Assembly: GCA_041665345.1 (NCBI GenBank)
Contig: JBAYJA010000002.1
Span: 97,252 to 161,251, forward strand
DNA from: Patescibacteria group bacterium
GTDB taxonomy: Bacteria; Patescibacteriota; Patescibacteriia; PEXW01
Reading direction: 5' to 3'
Length of the DNA stretch: 64,000 bases
A program made the translations under genes and the position numbers. Shown one piece after another: positions 18,142 through 28,767 of this stretch; the stretch's first letter is position 1; each line of letters opens with the position of its first letter. The notes under the pieces were generated by a model. That model saw only the letters and a list, made by a program, of their open reading frames with translations. It was not told the DNA's origin and made no database searches.

Positions 18142-19350
18142 ATGAATATTGGCATTGTTTCGGAATCGTACTACCCGGCAGTTGGGGGGATTTCCGAACA
18201 CATCCACAACTTGGCTGCCGCGCTTCGGTTGCGCGGGCACAGTGTGAAAATAATCACCACGTCCTATGGCGAGTACGCCGATGCGCCGTACAACAGCCCG
18301 GACGTTCTTCGGATTGGGAAAGTTTTCAATTTTCATAAGAACGGTTCGCAATCGCATGTGGCCACGGGTAAGCATTTAAGCCGGCAGCTGCGTGAGATTT
18401 TTGCCAAGGAGCAATTTGACGTTCTGCACATTCACGCGCCAGAGCAGCCCATGCTGTCCCAGCTGAGTTTGCTGAACTCCACTACGGTGAATGTGGGAAC
18501 CTTCCACGCGCAGTATGACCGCAGCTTACCCCTGGGTTTCCTTCGACCCTTGGTGGCGCCGGGCATGGCACGCTTGCATGCCCGCATTGTGGTTTCGGAT
18601 GCGGCGCAGCAGTCCATTGCTAAGTACTTTCCGGAAGGCGCGTACACCACCGTACCCAATGGAGTGGACGTGGCACACTTTGCCAGTGGCAAACCTTTGG
18701 CAGAGTACGCAGACCGGCCTAACATACTCTTCGTGGGAAATTTTGTGATTCGCAAAGGGTTTGTCCATTTGCTGGAAGCCTTTTTGCACTTGCGAAAAAC
18801 CTTGCCCAAAGTTCGTTTGCTGGCAGTAGGGGATGGGAATCTTCGGCCAACCTACGAGCGCGAGCTAGGTGACTTGGTGGGTAAAGATGTGATTTTCACT
18901 GGCCGCGTGCCAAATGAAGCCTTGCCCAACTACTACGCATCCGCGCAGGTCTACTGCTCTCCAGCAACCGGGCGGGAGAGCTTTGGCATTGTGCTGCTGG
19001 AAGCCATGGCCGCGGGTCGGCCCGTGGTCGCCTCAGATATTCCTGGGTACCGGGCAGTGGTTGGCGCTACCCAAGCCGCCCGCATGGTGCCGGTGGGTGA
19101 TACCCTGGGTTTTGCTGCTGCCTTGGCGGAAGTGCTGACCCAACCCGAAAAAGCCCAAGCCATGGCCGTGGCAGGGCAGCGGGCAGCCAAGCAGTATGCC
19201 TGGGAACATATTGCAGCGCAGGTGGAGCAGGTGTACCAGCAGGCCCGAGCCGTGTACCCAGCAACCGTGCCCGTGGTACCAGGGTACCGGTGGTTGAGCG
19301 CGCTCATCCGCAGCCGCAAGTGGAAGGTAGCGCGGGAGGTGGCGCAGTAA
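18142..19350 (+). CDS. GT4 glycosyltransferase, PimA-like (start revised)
   Basis: MNIGIV..YYP..GG..EH, FDVLHIHAP, SPATGRESFGIVLLEAMAAGRPVVASDIPGY. Confidence 0.88.
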   Translation: MNIGIVSESYYPAVGGISEHIHNLAAALRLRGHSVKIITTSYGEYADAPYNSPDVLRIGKVFNFHKNGSQSHVATGKHLSRQLREIFAKEQFDVLHIHAPEQPMLSQLSLLNSTTVNVGTFHAQYDRSLPLGFLRPLVAPGMARLHARIVVSDAAQQSIAKYFPEGAYTTVPNGVDVAHFASGKPLAEYADRPNILFVGNFVIRKGFVHLLEAFLHLRKTLPKVRLLAVGDGNLRPTYERELGDLVGKDVIFTGRVPNEALPNYYASAQVYCSPATGRESFGIVLLEAMAAGRPVVASDIPGYRAVVGATQAARMVPVGDTLGFAAALAEVLTQPEKAQAMAVAGQRAAKQYAWEHIAAQVEQVYQQARAVYPATVPVVPGYRWLSALIRSRKWKVAREVAQ

Positions 19351-19997
19351 TGGACCTTACCGAATCCGTCCAGCACATTTTTGCAAGCTACGGTTTCTTT
19401 GGGTTGTACGCCATCGTGGCTTTTGAGGCATTTCAATTCGTCTTCTCCACACCCATTGGCCCCATCATTGTCTTCTTGGGTGGCTTGGCAAGCCAGGGAG
19501 CTTTTTCCGTACTCACACTCTGGCTGGTGGTGTACGCCGGGGTGGTCACCGGTGACAACCTGGGTTTTCTGGTTGGCCGAAAGTTTGGCCAACCCATTCT
19601 GCACCGTTTTGGCACGAAGCTGGTGAAGAAGGAAATGCTGGAAAAAGCAGAGAAGACTTTTTCTAAGTACGGCGCAGTGGCAATTTTTTTTACTAGGTTC
19701 ATCTTCGCCACCATTGCTGCGCCGCTGAACGTCCTCGCGGGCGCATCAGACTTGCCCTGGCGCCGGTACATTGTGGCAGAAATGGGCGGGCAAATAGTTT
19801 GGACCAGCTTGTACGTGTTCCTGGGCTACTTCTTTGGAAAGCAGGTGGAGCAGTACATCAGGGTGGTTGACGATGCGAATATAACCATACTCTCCCTCAG
19901 CGCACTGATCATCATTTTACTCATCATCTGGATTCTGGGCCGAGGGATTCACCAGCACGTCCAGCACCGTAAGCGCCTGCGCCATGGAAACCAGTAG
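19350..19997 (+). CDS. DedA family protein (start revised to 19350)
   Basis: GDNLGFLVGRKFG, KYGAVAIFFTRFI, LAGAS.LPWRRY. Confidence 0.9.
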   Translation: MDLTESVQHIFASYGFFGLYAIVAFEAFQFVFSTPIGPIIVFLGGLASQGAFSVLTLWLVVYAGVVTGDNLGFLVGRKFGQPILHRFGTKLVKKEMLEKAEKTFSKYGAVAIFFTRFIFATIAAPLNVLAGASDLPWRRYIVAEMGGQIVWTSLYVFLGYFFGKQVEQYIRVVDDANITILSLSALIIILLIIWILGRGIHQHVQHRKRLRHGNQ

Positions 19998-20595
19998 CTT
20001 CCTCCAATTCGTGACGACCTACGGGTACTTTGGGCTGTACGCGTTGGTGGCCGTGGAAGCGTTTGAGTTCATTTTTTCTTTCCCCCTCAGTCCGTTACTA
20101 GTAACACTGGGCGCCCTCAGTAGCCAAGGTACATTCATTTTTGTTTGGCTGTGGTTGGCTGCCTGGGCCGGTGCCATGACCGGGGACATGCTGGGGTACG
20201 CCCTGGGCCGGAAAGCTGGCCGGCCTATTTTGGAACGCCTGACCCGGCGGTGGCTGAAGCCCGTGGTGCTGGAAAAGTCCGAACACTTTTTTAACAAGTA
20301 CGGAGCGTGGGCCGTCTTTTTTGGCCGGTTCATTTTTGCGTCCCTCGCCGCGCCAATCAATTTGCTCGCTGGCGTTTCAAAAATGCGGTTCCGCACTTTT
20401 TTCATTGCTGATGCCCTAGGTCAAGCAGTGTGGGCAACGGCGTACCTCACCCTGGGGTACTTCGTGGGGCCAGTGGTCATTGATTGGATCGAACGCATTG
20501 CCCGGGTCGGCACCTCCATACCGGCACTGCTCATTGTCGCCTTTCTCCTGAGCTTGTTCTTGGTGCACTTGCGGAGGAAGAGGAGGGGAGTGTAA
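19984..20595 (+). CDS. DedA family protein
   Basis: GDMLGYALGR, KYGAWAVFFGRFI, AGVSKMRFRTF. Confidence 0.9.
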   Translation: METSSFLQFVTTYGYFGLYALVAVEAFEFIFSFPLSPLLVTLGALSSQGTFIFVWLWLAAWAGAMTGDMLGYALGRKAGRPILERLTRRWLKPVVLEKSEHFFNKYGAWAVFFGRFIFASLAAPINLLAGVSKMRFRTFFIADALGQAVWATAYLTLGYFVGPVVIDWIERIARVGTSIPALLIVAFLLSLFLVHLRRKRRGV

Positions 20596-20787
20596 AAAAT
20601 TATTTACTTAAGTCGTCATGGTTCAAGACTGACGAGCGTTTTCCATTAGGGCTACCTCCCCCTACCCCCTCCTTCGAAAGGAGGGGAGGAGTTTCTTTAG
20701 TCACCCATACTCCTAGCTATCCCAAACCTTAACCCTCACACTATACTCGCCGCTACACCGAAACCCATGCCTCAGCTTGTGCCCCCC

Positions 20788-20816
20788 TTGACACATTCCA
20801 ATACCCATGCTAGTAT
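20788..20816 (+). promoter_or_regulatory. Sigma70 promoter of an uncharacterised ~380-nt transcript
   Basis: TTGACA-17-TAGTAT with TG extension; terminator at 21177-21208. Confidence 0.65.
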
Positions 20817-21229
20817 GGCCTGTACGCTTCTGAAAGTAACTGCAGAGACTGCAAGAGGCGTAGCAAGTTACCCCTTTAAAAAGTAGAAAATATTTTGGAG
20901 TTTCGTGGTTGGATTTTCAAATCCAATACCACGCTGGTGCCCCACGAAAGGCACCCAAAGCCGTACTACGCTGAGTCGTTGGTACGCACATACTCGCTCG
21001 ATGATGGGTTCATACACCTGTCGATCAACTCCTCCCGAGCGATTCTACGCCTCGTCCATGCTGGCGACGCGCTGCTGATGGCCCCCATCTTGCGGCGTGA
21101 TGGGGGCCACTGAAAGTTTGTACGTAAGTACATAGGCAGCTCACCGAACAACGAGCAACAAAAAAAGATTGATCTTACCCGGATGCTACATGCTCCGGGT
21201 TTTTTCTTTGCTTTATTCCGATAAATCAC

Positions 21230-21337
21230 CCCGAGCAAAGCCCTTGAGTCGATCGAAAGGACGTAGTCCTTGAGCTTGTCGAAAGGGCGAGCGGAGCCAG
21301 TCGAGAGGACGCAGTCCCTGAGCGGAGTTGAAGGGTG
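21230..21337. repeat. Tandem/nested CCTGAG..GTCGAAGG REP-like units
   Basis: ccttgagtcgatcgaaagg, ccttgagcttgtcgaaagg, ccctgagcggagttgaaggg. Confidence 0.6.
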
Positions 21338-21488
21338 AAGTTATTGACTTGTACAAGGTATAGTCGTAAGGTAGAACCATTCTTTAACAACTCATACTCA
21401 CGGATAATCTGTGGGAGAAATTAATCACATTAGTTGTCGTCTGCGCGTCATAAAAAGAAAGTGATGTGTGCAGGGCAAGGAGGTTTGT

Positions 21489-22112
21489 ATGGCCGAAGGT
21501 TGTGGCTTTGGGGAGTCTTGGAATAAGCCCCCAGATTGGTTGGCGTACACTGGTAAGAAGTACCGGCTCATGTTGGTGAAACTCGATGGCAGTCCAGAAT
21601 CACCTAAGCACAATTATGTTTTTCTTGGGTCACATACTGAAGTGCAGTGCCTGGACACAATCCATGAAGGGGTTGTCTGCGGTTGCACAACAGTAAGCAA
21701 TCCCTTTTGCAAAGGCGCATTGCAAATGTACATTCGATTGAAAGATGGATCCCCATCACTGGAGATTTCCTGTCATAGTTGTGCTATTCAATTTTTTCCA
21801 AAAATTTCTCTGGAGTATATGAAAACTTTTTGGGCAAAATATGAGCGCTGGGTAGCGGCAGGGGCAATGGAACCAAGGGATGTTCCATTTTTTACTCCAT
21901 TTATCACGTTACCCGAACATGGTGGCGAAAGTATCCCGGTTTTGGAAATTCCAGTTCGAATAAAAGCCATACCAGTACTCCTGGGATTACTTCCTTCTGA
22001 GTATAGTCTGCAGCGTTCACATGCGGCGCTTACCCGTCGGTATGCGGATTTGATTAAGCTAACCAAGCAAGACCGCGATGCTATTTCGTCGCATCTTGGT
22101 TACAGGGGTTAA
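21489..22112 (+). CDS. Cys-rich hypothetical protein
   Basis: GGAGG RBS before MAEGCG; several Cys pairs; terminator 22123-22155. Confidence 0.65.
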   Translation: MAEGCGFGESWNKPPDWLAYTGKKYRLMLVKLDGSPESPKHNYVFLGSHTEVQCLDTIHEGVVCGCTTVSNPFCKGALQMYIRLKDGSPSLEISCHSCAIQFFPKISLEYMKTFWAKYERWVAAGAMEPRDVPFFTPFITLPEHGGESIPVLEIPVRIKAIPVLLGLLPSEYSLQRSHAALTRRYADLIKLTKQDRDAISSHLGYRG

Positions 22113-22214
22113 TGTACTTTTCAACCACCGTCTCATCTGAGTCGGTGGTTTTCATTTCTTCTGAGAAATCACCCTGAGGGGAGTAAGTCTAGGGGATGAA
22201 CCTGGTTATTCTTA

Positions 22215-22440
22215 GCGGGGCATGAAAGCCCCGCCTACCCACGTGAGGGTGGGTAGCCGTGAGCCCCCTGTCCGCCGAAATCGCAGCGATGTAGGCGGGT
22301 CGCTCGCGGCTTGGGGTAATGTATTGCAAAGACCAAAGCGAGGGCTTTGGTCTACCCACTTTTTTACAACGGACAAAAACAAAAGCAAACCCGAGCGCGG
22401 GTCTCCGTGCCCGCGCGCAGACAGGGACGCTTGGGCTTGG
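22215..22440. repeat. REP cluster; 22215-22356 is an inverted homolog of 15982-16320
   Basis: Reverse complement reads gtagaccaaagccctcgctttggtc...ggctacccac..gtgggtaggcggggctttcatgccccgc. Confidence 0.8.
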
Positions 22441-22623
22441 AGGAATAGGGGATATAAAAAACCTGGGTGGGGGAGTCACCCAAAAAAATGAACCCCGCGG
22501 CTTAGAAAAGCCGCTCTGGGGTGCATAGTATAAGTTTATTAGAAATGACTTACTAACTTTCCTCCTTCCCAATTCGTACATTCGTATTTTCGTAGTATCT
22601 ATTCGTAATTCGTAACGCCGCTC

Positions 22624-22663
22624 TTGACACCCTCTATTAGCACTCTATACTAACGAGTGCTAA
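22624..22663 (+). promoter_or_regulatory. CIRCE operator overlapping a sigma70 promoter
   Basis: TTAGCACTC-N9-GAGTGCTAA at 22637-22663; TTGACA at 22624, TATACT at 22646. Confidence 0.97.
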
Positions 22664-22668
22664 CACTT

Positions 22669-23364
22669 ATGCAAGCGCTCGAAACCCGTAAAAATCAGCT
22701 TTTCCAGGCCATTGTACGGCAGCACATTGCCCTGGGTGAACCCATTGGTTCAAAAGTCCTGGTGGAGCAGGCGGGTTTGGATTGCTCGTCTGCCACGGTC
22801 CGGAATGACTTGGCGGCGTTGGAGCAGGACGGGTATTTGACCCACCCCCACACCTCTGCCGGCCGCGTGCCCACGGAAAAAGGCTGGCGGATGTACTTGG
22901 AGCAGTTTATGCAGGAAGTGCCGGTACCCAAGAAGGCGCAGGACGCGTTGGGTAAGGCGAAGGCCGAAGGGTCAGATGAAAACCACAGCTTAAAGCAGGT
23001 GGCAAAAACCCTGGCTGAGCTTTCCCAGCAAACCGCCATCATTGGTTTTGGGCCAGATGACACGTACTACACGGGTCTGTCTCATCTTTTCAATAAGCCA
23101 GAATTCGCCGAACTGGATCTCATGCAGCACTTGTCCGAAGTCATTGACCATTTGGACACTGCCATGCGCAAGCTCATGAAGAGCAGCACTGCAGAAGACG
23201 TGCGTGTCCTTGTGGGTTCCGACAATCCCATTGATGAACGCTGCAGCCTGCTGGTGATCCGGCCTCCAAATGTTGATGACCGCGTGTTTGCCCTGCTGGG
23301 TCCCATGCGCATGGACTACGACCGCCTCCTTCCTCTCGTCCGCTTTACCCGCACGTTAATTTAA
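22669..23364 (+). CDS. hrcA: Heat-inducible transcription repressor HrcA (short form)
   Basis: PIGSK, SSATVRNDLA.LE..GYL.HPHTSAGRVPTEKGWR, LLGPMRMDY; CIRCE upstream. Confidence 0.95.
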   Translation: MQALETRKNQLFQAIVRQHIALGEPIGSKVLVEQAGLDCSSATVRNDLAALEQDGYLTHPHTSAGRVPTEKGWRMYLEQFMQEVPVPKKAQDALGKAKAEGSDENHSLKQVAKTLAELSQQTAIIGFGPDDTYYTGLSHLFNKPEFAELDLMQHLSEVIDHLDTAMRKLMKSSTAEDVRVLVGSDNPIDERCSLLVIRPPNVDDRVFALLGPMRMDYDRLLPLVRFTRTLI

Positions 23365-23370
23365 TTCTGT

Positions 23371-23853
23371 ATGACTGACGCACCTGCGCAGCCGAAGCTT
23401 GAAGAAACCGAACTGGAGAAAATGCAGAAGCAGAACCAAGAGTACTTGGATGGCTGGAAGCGCGCCAAGGCAGACTACCTGAACCTGAAGCGGGACAGTG
23501 AAAAGGAGAAAATGGAAATTGTGCAGTTTGCCAACGCGGGTTTGCTCATTGAGCTCTTTCCCATCTACGACAACCTGAAAACTGCCCTGAAGCACATCCC
23601 CGAAGGCCAGCAGAAGGAAGCCTGGGCCCAAGGGTTCCAGCATATCCTCCGGCAGTTCAAAGATTTTCTGGGCACGCTGAAGGTGGAAGAGATTGCTACG
23701 GAAGGGAAAATGTTCGACCCGCTGCTGCACGAAGCCGTAGGCAAGGAGAAGCGTGAAGGCATTCCCAGCGGGCAAATCTTGGACGAGCAGCAATCCGGCT
23801 TCACCCTGCAGGGGAAAGTGATCAGACATGCGAAGGTGACTGTCTGTGAGTAA
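23371..23853 (+). CDS. grpE: Nucleotide exchange factor GrpE
   Basis: WKRAKADYLNLKR, FDPLLHEAV, GFTLQGKVIRHAKV. Confidence 0.95.
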   Translation: MTDAPAQPKLEETELEKMQKQNQEYLDGWKRAKADYLNLKRDSEKEKMEIVQFANAGLLIELFPIYDNLKTALKHIPEGQQKEAWAQGFQHILRQFKDFLGTLKVEEIATEGKMFDPLLHEAVGKEKREGIPSGQILDEQQSGFTLQGKVIRHAKVTVCE

Positions 23854-23967
23854 AAATTACGAATTACGAAAACGGTTACGAAATACGAAAAAAGATACGA
23901 ATATACGAATTACGAATAGAGAGCGGAGGTAACTTTCATCAATATTTCACCCCTTAACCAAATACAT

Positions 23968-24387
23968 ATGCCAATAGTCAAATGGACACCAGCAGGAAAC
24001 ATCTTCGATGACATGGACAGTATGTTCAACGATGCCTGGCTCCCCGTAATGCGCCAAAACTTTGCGCCAGCCGCAGACGTGTACGAGGACAAGGACAACG
24101 TGGTGGTGGAAATGCCCCTAGCGAACATTGATCCGCAGAAAGTGGACATCACCGTGGAGAACAACGTGCTTACCGTCTCCGGGAAGTCTGAGCACAAGTC
24201 CGAAGTGGATGAGAAGAGCTACTACCGTAAGGAAATCCGCACTGGTTCCTTCAGCCGCGCCATTGCCCTGCCCAAGAGCGTGCGTGGTGACAAAGCCGAA
24301 GCGAGCTATGATAAGGGTGTCCTGAAAATCGTCGTTCCCAAGGCGGAGGAAGCCAAACCGAAAACAATTAAGATCCAAGTGAAATAA
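23968..24387 (+). CDS. Hsp20/alpha-crystallin small heat-shock protein
   Basis: PAADVYED, EIRTGSFSRAIALP, ASYDKGVLKIVVPK. Confidence 0.95.
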   Translation: MPIVKWTPAGNIFDDMDSMFNDAWLPVMRQNFAPAADVYEDKDNVVVEMPLANIDPQKVDITVENNVLTVSGKSEHKSEVDEKSYYRKEIRTGSFSRAIALPKSVRGDKAEASYDKGVLKIVVPKAEEAKPKTIKIQVK

Positions 24388-24597
24388 GCACGACGAATTA
24401 CCACCCCGGCCTCGAGTACGAGGCCGCCCCTCCTCGACGAGGAGGGGATAGGGAGGTGGAAAGTGCCACCAGCGTGATGATTGTCACCTCTTGTATCCCC
24501 TCCTTGCATAAGGAGGGGACAAAGGGGAGGTAATTCTCTCTATCTCCAACCTCTACCCATACTTCAATCCTTACCTAAACCTTCAATCTCTCCAAAC

Positions 24598-24939
24598 ATG
24601 CCCCAATTCCAGTTTCCAACCTTTAACCAGGAAAGTAAGCCAGACCATCTGCGCTTGGATGGGCATTGCCCAAACTGCGGCAAGTTGTTCGACTTCCGGA
24701 AGACCCAGGTGTTGGCGGAGGAGCAGGGCGTAACCCTCATGTACCTGAAGTGCAGCCAGTGCGCGTTGGCCGCCGTGGCGACGATGACCATGTCACCCCA
24801 AGGGTTGATGTTCCGCGGCTTGGTTACAGACCTGACGGCCCAAGACGTGCTGAAGTTCAAAGACCAAGGCAGCGTGTCGTCCGATGACATTGTGGATCTG
24901 CATATGCATTTGGACTCTGATTCGCTCACATTCTCGTAA
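24598..24939 (+). CDS. Zn-ribbon hypothetical protein
   Basis: CPNC and CSQC; start at MPQFQFP. Confidence 0.7.
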   Translation: MPQFQFPTFNQESKPDHLRLDGHCPNCGKLFDFRKTQVLAEEQGVTLMYLKCSQCALAAVATMTMSPQGLMFRGLVTDLTAQDVLKFKDQGSVSSDDIVDLHMHLDSDSLTFS

Positions 24940-25090
24940 AATAGGATTTCGGTGTGGCGGCGAGTATAGGCATAGGGTGGAGGTGAAGGCAGCAGAAGCC
25001 CAAACCTTATCTCCACACCCATACTCGCCGCTCCAACGCAAACCAAACCAGTAAGTTGTCATTCCTTTACTCATTAATCTAACAACTAGT

Positions 25091-27001
25091 ATGTCCAAGA
25101 TCCTCGGTATCGACCTCGGTACAACCAACTCCTGCATGGCCATCATTGAAGGTGGTGAGCCAAAAGTTTTGGAGAACAAAGAAGGGAACCGCACCACGCC
25201 TTCTGTCGTTGCAGTATCCAAAACCGGCGAACGTCTGGTTGGCCAAGTGGCCAAGCGCCAGGCCGTTGTCAACCCAGAAAACACTCTCTATTCCATTAAG
25301 CGGCTCATTGGTCGGCACTGGAATGATGAAGAAGTCCAGCGCGACCAGAAAGTTCTGCCCTTCAAACTCAAGCAATCTGGCGATGGCGTGAAAGTGATTT
25401 TGCAAGGCAAAGAGTATGCTCCGCAGGAAATTTCAGCCATGGTTTTGCAGAAAATGAAGGAAGACGCGGAAACCAAGCTGGGTGAGAAAATCACCGAAGC
25501 AGTGATTACCGTCCCGGCCTACTTTGACGACAGTCAGCGCCAAGCCACCAAAGACGCGGGTGAAATTGCCGGCCTCAAAGTCAAGCGCATTATCAACGAG
25601 CCAACCGCAGCCGCGCTCGCCTATGGTTTCAACAAGAAGAAGGACGAGAAAATTGCAGTGTACGACCTAGGCGGCGGCACATTCGACATTTCCATTCTGG
25701 AAGTCAGCAATGACACCGTGGAAGTGAAAGCCACCAACGGGGACACCCACCTGGGCGGCGACGACTTTGACCAAATCATTATCCACTGGATAATTGACGA
25801 GTTTAAGAAAGACCAGGGGATTGACCTTGGCCAAGATCAGATGGCTTTGCAGCGCTTGAAGGAATCTGCGGAAAAAGCCAAGCACGAGCTTTCCACCACC
25901 GCGGAAACGGAAATCAACCAACCTTTCATTACCACGGACGCATCCGGCCCCAAGCACTTGGCCCTCAAACTCACCCGCGCCAAACTGGAGCAGCTGGTGG
26001 GCGATCTCGTTGAGAAAACCTTGGAACCAACCAAGAAAGCTTTGGCTGATGCCGGCCTGAAAGCCAGCGACATCAATGAAGTCATCATGGTCGGTGGTAT
26101 GACCCGCATGCCTCTGGTGCAATCCACCGTGGAAAAATTCTTTGGCAAAAAGCCGCACCTGGGTGTGAACCCAGACGAAGTGGTAGCCATCGGCGCCGCA
26201 GTTCAAGCCGGTGTGCTGCAAGGTGAAGTCCGCGACGTGCTGTTGCTGGATGTCACCCCGCTCACCCTGGGCTTAGAAACCCTGGGCGGTGTGTCCACAC
26301 CTTTGATTGACCGCAACACCACCATTCCAACCAGCAAATCCCAAGTGTTCTCCACAGCCGCGGACAACCAGACCAGCGTGGAAATTCACGTGCTGCAAGG
26401 GGAGCGACCCATGGCCAATGACAACAAGTCCCTGGGCCGGTTCATCCTCAGCGGCATTCCGCCGTCACCCCGCGGCGTGCCCCAGGTGGAAGTCACCTTT
26501 GACATTGACGCCAACGGCATCCTGAACGTGAAAGCCAAGGACAAGGCTAGCAACAAGGAGCAGAGCATTACCATCACCGCGTCGTCCGGCTTGTCCAAGG
26601 ACGAGGTGGAGAAGATGAAGCAGGAAGCGCAGGTTCACGCCGAAGAGGACAAGAAGAAGCGCGAGCTCATTGACATGCGTAACATGGCCGACAGCCTGGT
26701 CTTCACCGCGGAGAAGAGTCTCAAAGACGCGGGCGACAAAGTCCCAGCCGACGTGAAGAAGGAAATTGAGGAAAAAATGGAAGCCGTGAAAAAGGTGAAG
26801 GATGGGGATGATAAGGATGCCATCAAGAAAGCCACGGATGACCTGGGGCAGACGATACAGAAGATTGGTCAGGCGATGTATAAAGGTAGCGAGCAGGCGA
26901 GTAAGCAAGCTGGCGAGTCAGCAGGAGGGGAGAAGTCTGGCGAAGCACCCAAGGATGATAAAGGTCCGGTGGATGCGAAGTACGAGGAGGTGAAGAAGTA
27001 A
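25091..27001 (+). CDS. dnaK: Chaperone DnaK
   Basis: [35 protein letters not shown], full length. Confidence 0.99.
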   Translation: MSKILGIDLGTTNSCMAIIEGGEPKVLENKEGNRTTPSVVAVSKTGERLVGQVAKRQAVVNPENTLYSIKRLIGRHWNDEEVQRDQKVLPFKLKQSGDGVKVILQGKEYAPQEISAMVLQKMKEDAETKLGEKITEAVITVPAYFDDSQRQATKDAGEIAGLKVKRIINEPTAAALAYGFNKKKDEKIAVYDLGGGTFDISILEVSNDTVEVKATNGDTHLGGDDFDQIIIHWIIDEFKKDQGIDLGQDQMALQRLKESAEKAKHELSTTAETEINQPFITTDASGPKHLALKLTRAKLEQLVGDLVEKTLEPTKKALADAGLKASDINEVIMVGGMTRMPLVQSTVEKFFGKKPHLGVNPDEVVAIGAAVQAGVLQGEVRDVLLLDVTPLTLGLETLGGVSTPLIDRNTTIPTSKSQVFSTAADNQTSVEIHVLQGERPMANDNKSLGRFILSGIPPSPRGVPQVEVTFDIDANGILNVKAKDKASNKEQSITITASSGLSKDEVEKMKQEAQVHAEEDKKKRELIDMRNMADSLVFTAEKSLKDAGDKVPADVKKEIEEKMEAVKKVKDGDDKDAIKKATDDLGQTIQKIGQAMYKGSEQASKQAGESAGGEKSGEAPKDDKGPVDAKYEEVKK

Positions 27002-27042
27002 TTTGGTAGGGGCGCCGAAAGGCGCCCTTTAACACTTCATAT

Positions 27043-27615
27043 ATGATTGAATTAAAAATTACCGAAGAAGTTCGATCCTACTATTCAGAACTGCAGGGGT
27101 ATCTCTCGCAATTTCCTATTGCCAAGAGTCCAAGTGATGTAAGTGATGATTTTTCAATGGTTGAACGACTCAATGGGGTCATTGATAAATTGCAGACTTT
27201 ATGTAATGAGGATTTGAGCCGCTTCAAGGTTAGCAGCCCGCCAGGATACGATTCACAGTACTTTCTTATTTCTCAGTACCGTACATTGGTTGGTGGTTTA
27301 ATTTCTCGACTGCACGCCAAGTTTTTTTCAAATGAACCCCCACCATTTTCTGGAATGCCAAGCACAGTGAATCACTTTTCTCAAAGTCAAACACAAAACC
27401 AGTCACAAAATATGCAGCTAGTTATGGAGGTAACTGAGATAATAACAAAAAGTCTGGCCAATACTGATATTCCCCAAGATGAAAAAACGTTTTTGCAGAA
27501 GGTAAAGGAAATTTTACCAACAATCAATGGAGGATTAGACTTAGTACAGAAAGTGAGTGCAATTGCTGCACAATTAGGTATGAGCATTGAAGCGGTGAGT
27601 AGACTCCTTCGTTAG
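27043..27615 (+). CDS. Hypothetical protein (AT-rich)
   Basis: 190-aa ORF with SQSQTQNQSQ linker; apparently co-transcribed with the SIR2-like gene. Confidence 0.7.
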   Translation: MIELKITEEVRSYYSELQGYLSQFPIAKSPSDVSDDFSMVERLNGVIDKLQTLCNEDLSRFKVSSPPGYDSQYFLISQYRTLVGGLISRLHAKFFSNEPPPFSGMPSTVNHFSQSQTQNQSQNMQLVMEVTEIITKSLANTDIPQDEKTFLQKVKEILPTINGGLDLVQKVSAIAAQLGMSIEAVSRLLR

Positions 27616-27645
27616 TTTTTGATAAACCTCTAGAGATATAAAACC

Positions 27646-28767
27646 ATGAAGTTATTCATTTTTGGTGCGGGGGCTTCAAGAGGATCAACTAATAAGAATG
27701 TAGAGCATAATTCATTGCAGGCGCCCTTAGCTAATGAATTATTGGATGATATCTACAAATCTTATGCTGATGCTTTAGATTTAAATATTGATGTTCTAAG
27801 GGCGGATTATAAAAAGTATAAAGAGGAGGCATTACTAAATAAACAAGTGGTTAGCTTAGAAACCTGGATGACTGATTTATGGCATAAAGCACATGCGGGC
27901 GCTGGAAGTCTTACATCTGAAATCATTACATCATACAGAGGGTTTCTTGGACGGTTTGCGCATTACTTAAGGTGGATGCTCCAAGAAATTTCACAATTGA
28001 AGAGTAACTCAGAATTGTATCGTTTACTATTGATTAAACTACATGAGGAAGGTGTAAATGGTGTTGAACATGCATATGTAAATTTTAATTACGATACACT
28101 ATTTGATATTGCATATGATGATATTTGGGGGACAACGCTCTCTGACATTGATTCTTACACCTCACATCGAATTTTAAAGCCTCACGGCTCGATTAATTGG
28201 TTTGCTCAAAAGAGAGATCAAGATGGTGGAATACCTTCAAAACATGCTGATAACGATGAAAGGAATAGATATCGCGTCGCGTCGCGGAATCTCTTTAATG
28301 GGAGTCCAGTGGACCTTAAAGATCATAGGACTTATGATCCAAAGAGTACGCTATTACATAATTCCAGTTTTATTGGTAGCTCTGATTTTAAAGGGGACTA
28401 TTTTCAGCCACTAATTTTTTTGCCACTTTCGGAAAAGATGTTTGACCACATTCCTGAGTTAAGCAAAAAGATTGAAAAGGCTGCATCAGAAATACTACCA
28501 AATGTTGATCAGGTTTATTTGATTGGCTATCAGGCAAATGATAAACTGATTCATGAATGGATAAGTACATATATTAAGAAGGCGGTTCTACATGTTGTGA
28601 GTAATACAGAGGATTCATGTAATGCCTTAATGAGTAAAATGCAAGAAATGCATAAAGATGTGTTTGAAAAGGGAACGGTAACATATGATGCAAATGACAC
28701 TTCGTTTAAAAATGGCTTCTATAATTTTGTTGAGAGTTATGGTAACAAACAACAAAAAGAAACTTAG
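27646..28767 (+). CDS. SIR2-like (SIR2_2) domain protein
   Basis: FIFGAGAS, NFNYDTLFD, LKPHGSINW, YLIGYQAND; AT-rich. Confidence 0.8.
   Translation: MKLFIFGAGASRGSTNKNVEHNSLQAPLANELLDDIYKSYADALDLNIDVLRADYKKYKEEALLNKQVVSLETWMTDLWHKAHAGAGSLTSEIITSYRGFLGRFAHYLRWMLQEISQLKSNSELYRLLLIKLHEEGVNGVEHAYVNFNYDTLFDIAYDDIWGTTLSDIDSYTSHRILKPHGSINWFAQKRDQDGGIPSKHADNDERNRYRVASRNLFNGSPVDLKDHRTYDPKSTLLHNSSFIGSSDFKGDYFQPLIFLPLSEKMFDHIPELSKKIEKAASEILPNVDQVYLIGYQANDKLIHEWISTYIKKAVLHVVSNTEDSCNALMSKMQEMHKDVFEKGTVTYDANDTSFKNGFYNFVESYGNKQQKET

Noticed and set aside
25079-26908. Minus-strand ORFs opposite dnaK (and similar ones opposite grpE, dnaJ, cysS)
   Set aside because: Antisense shadows of codon-biased genes
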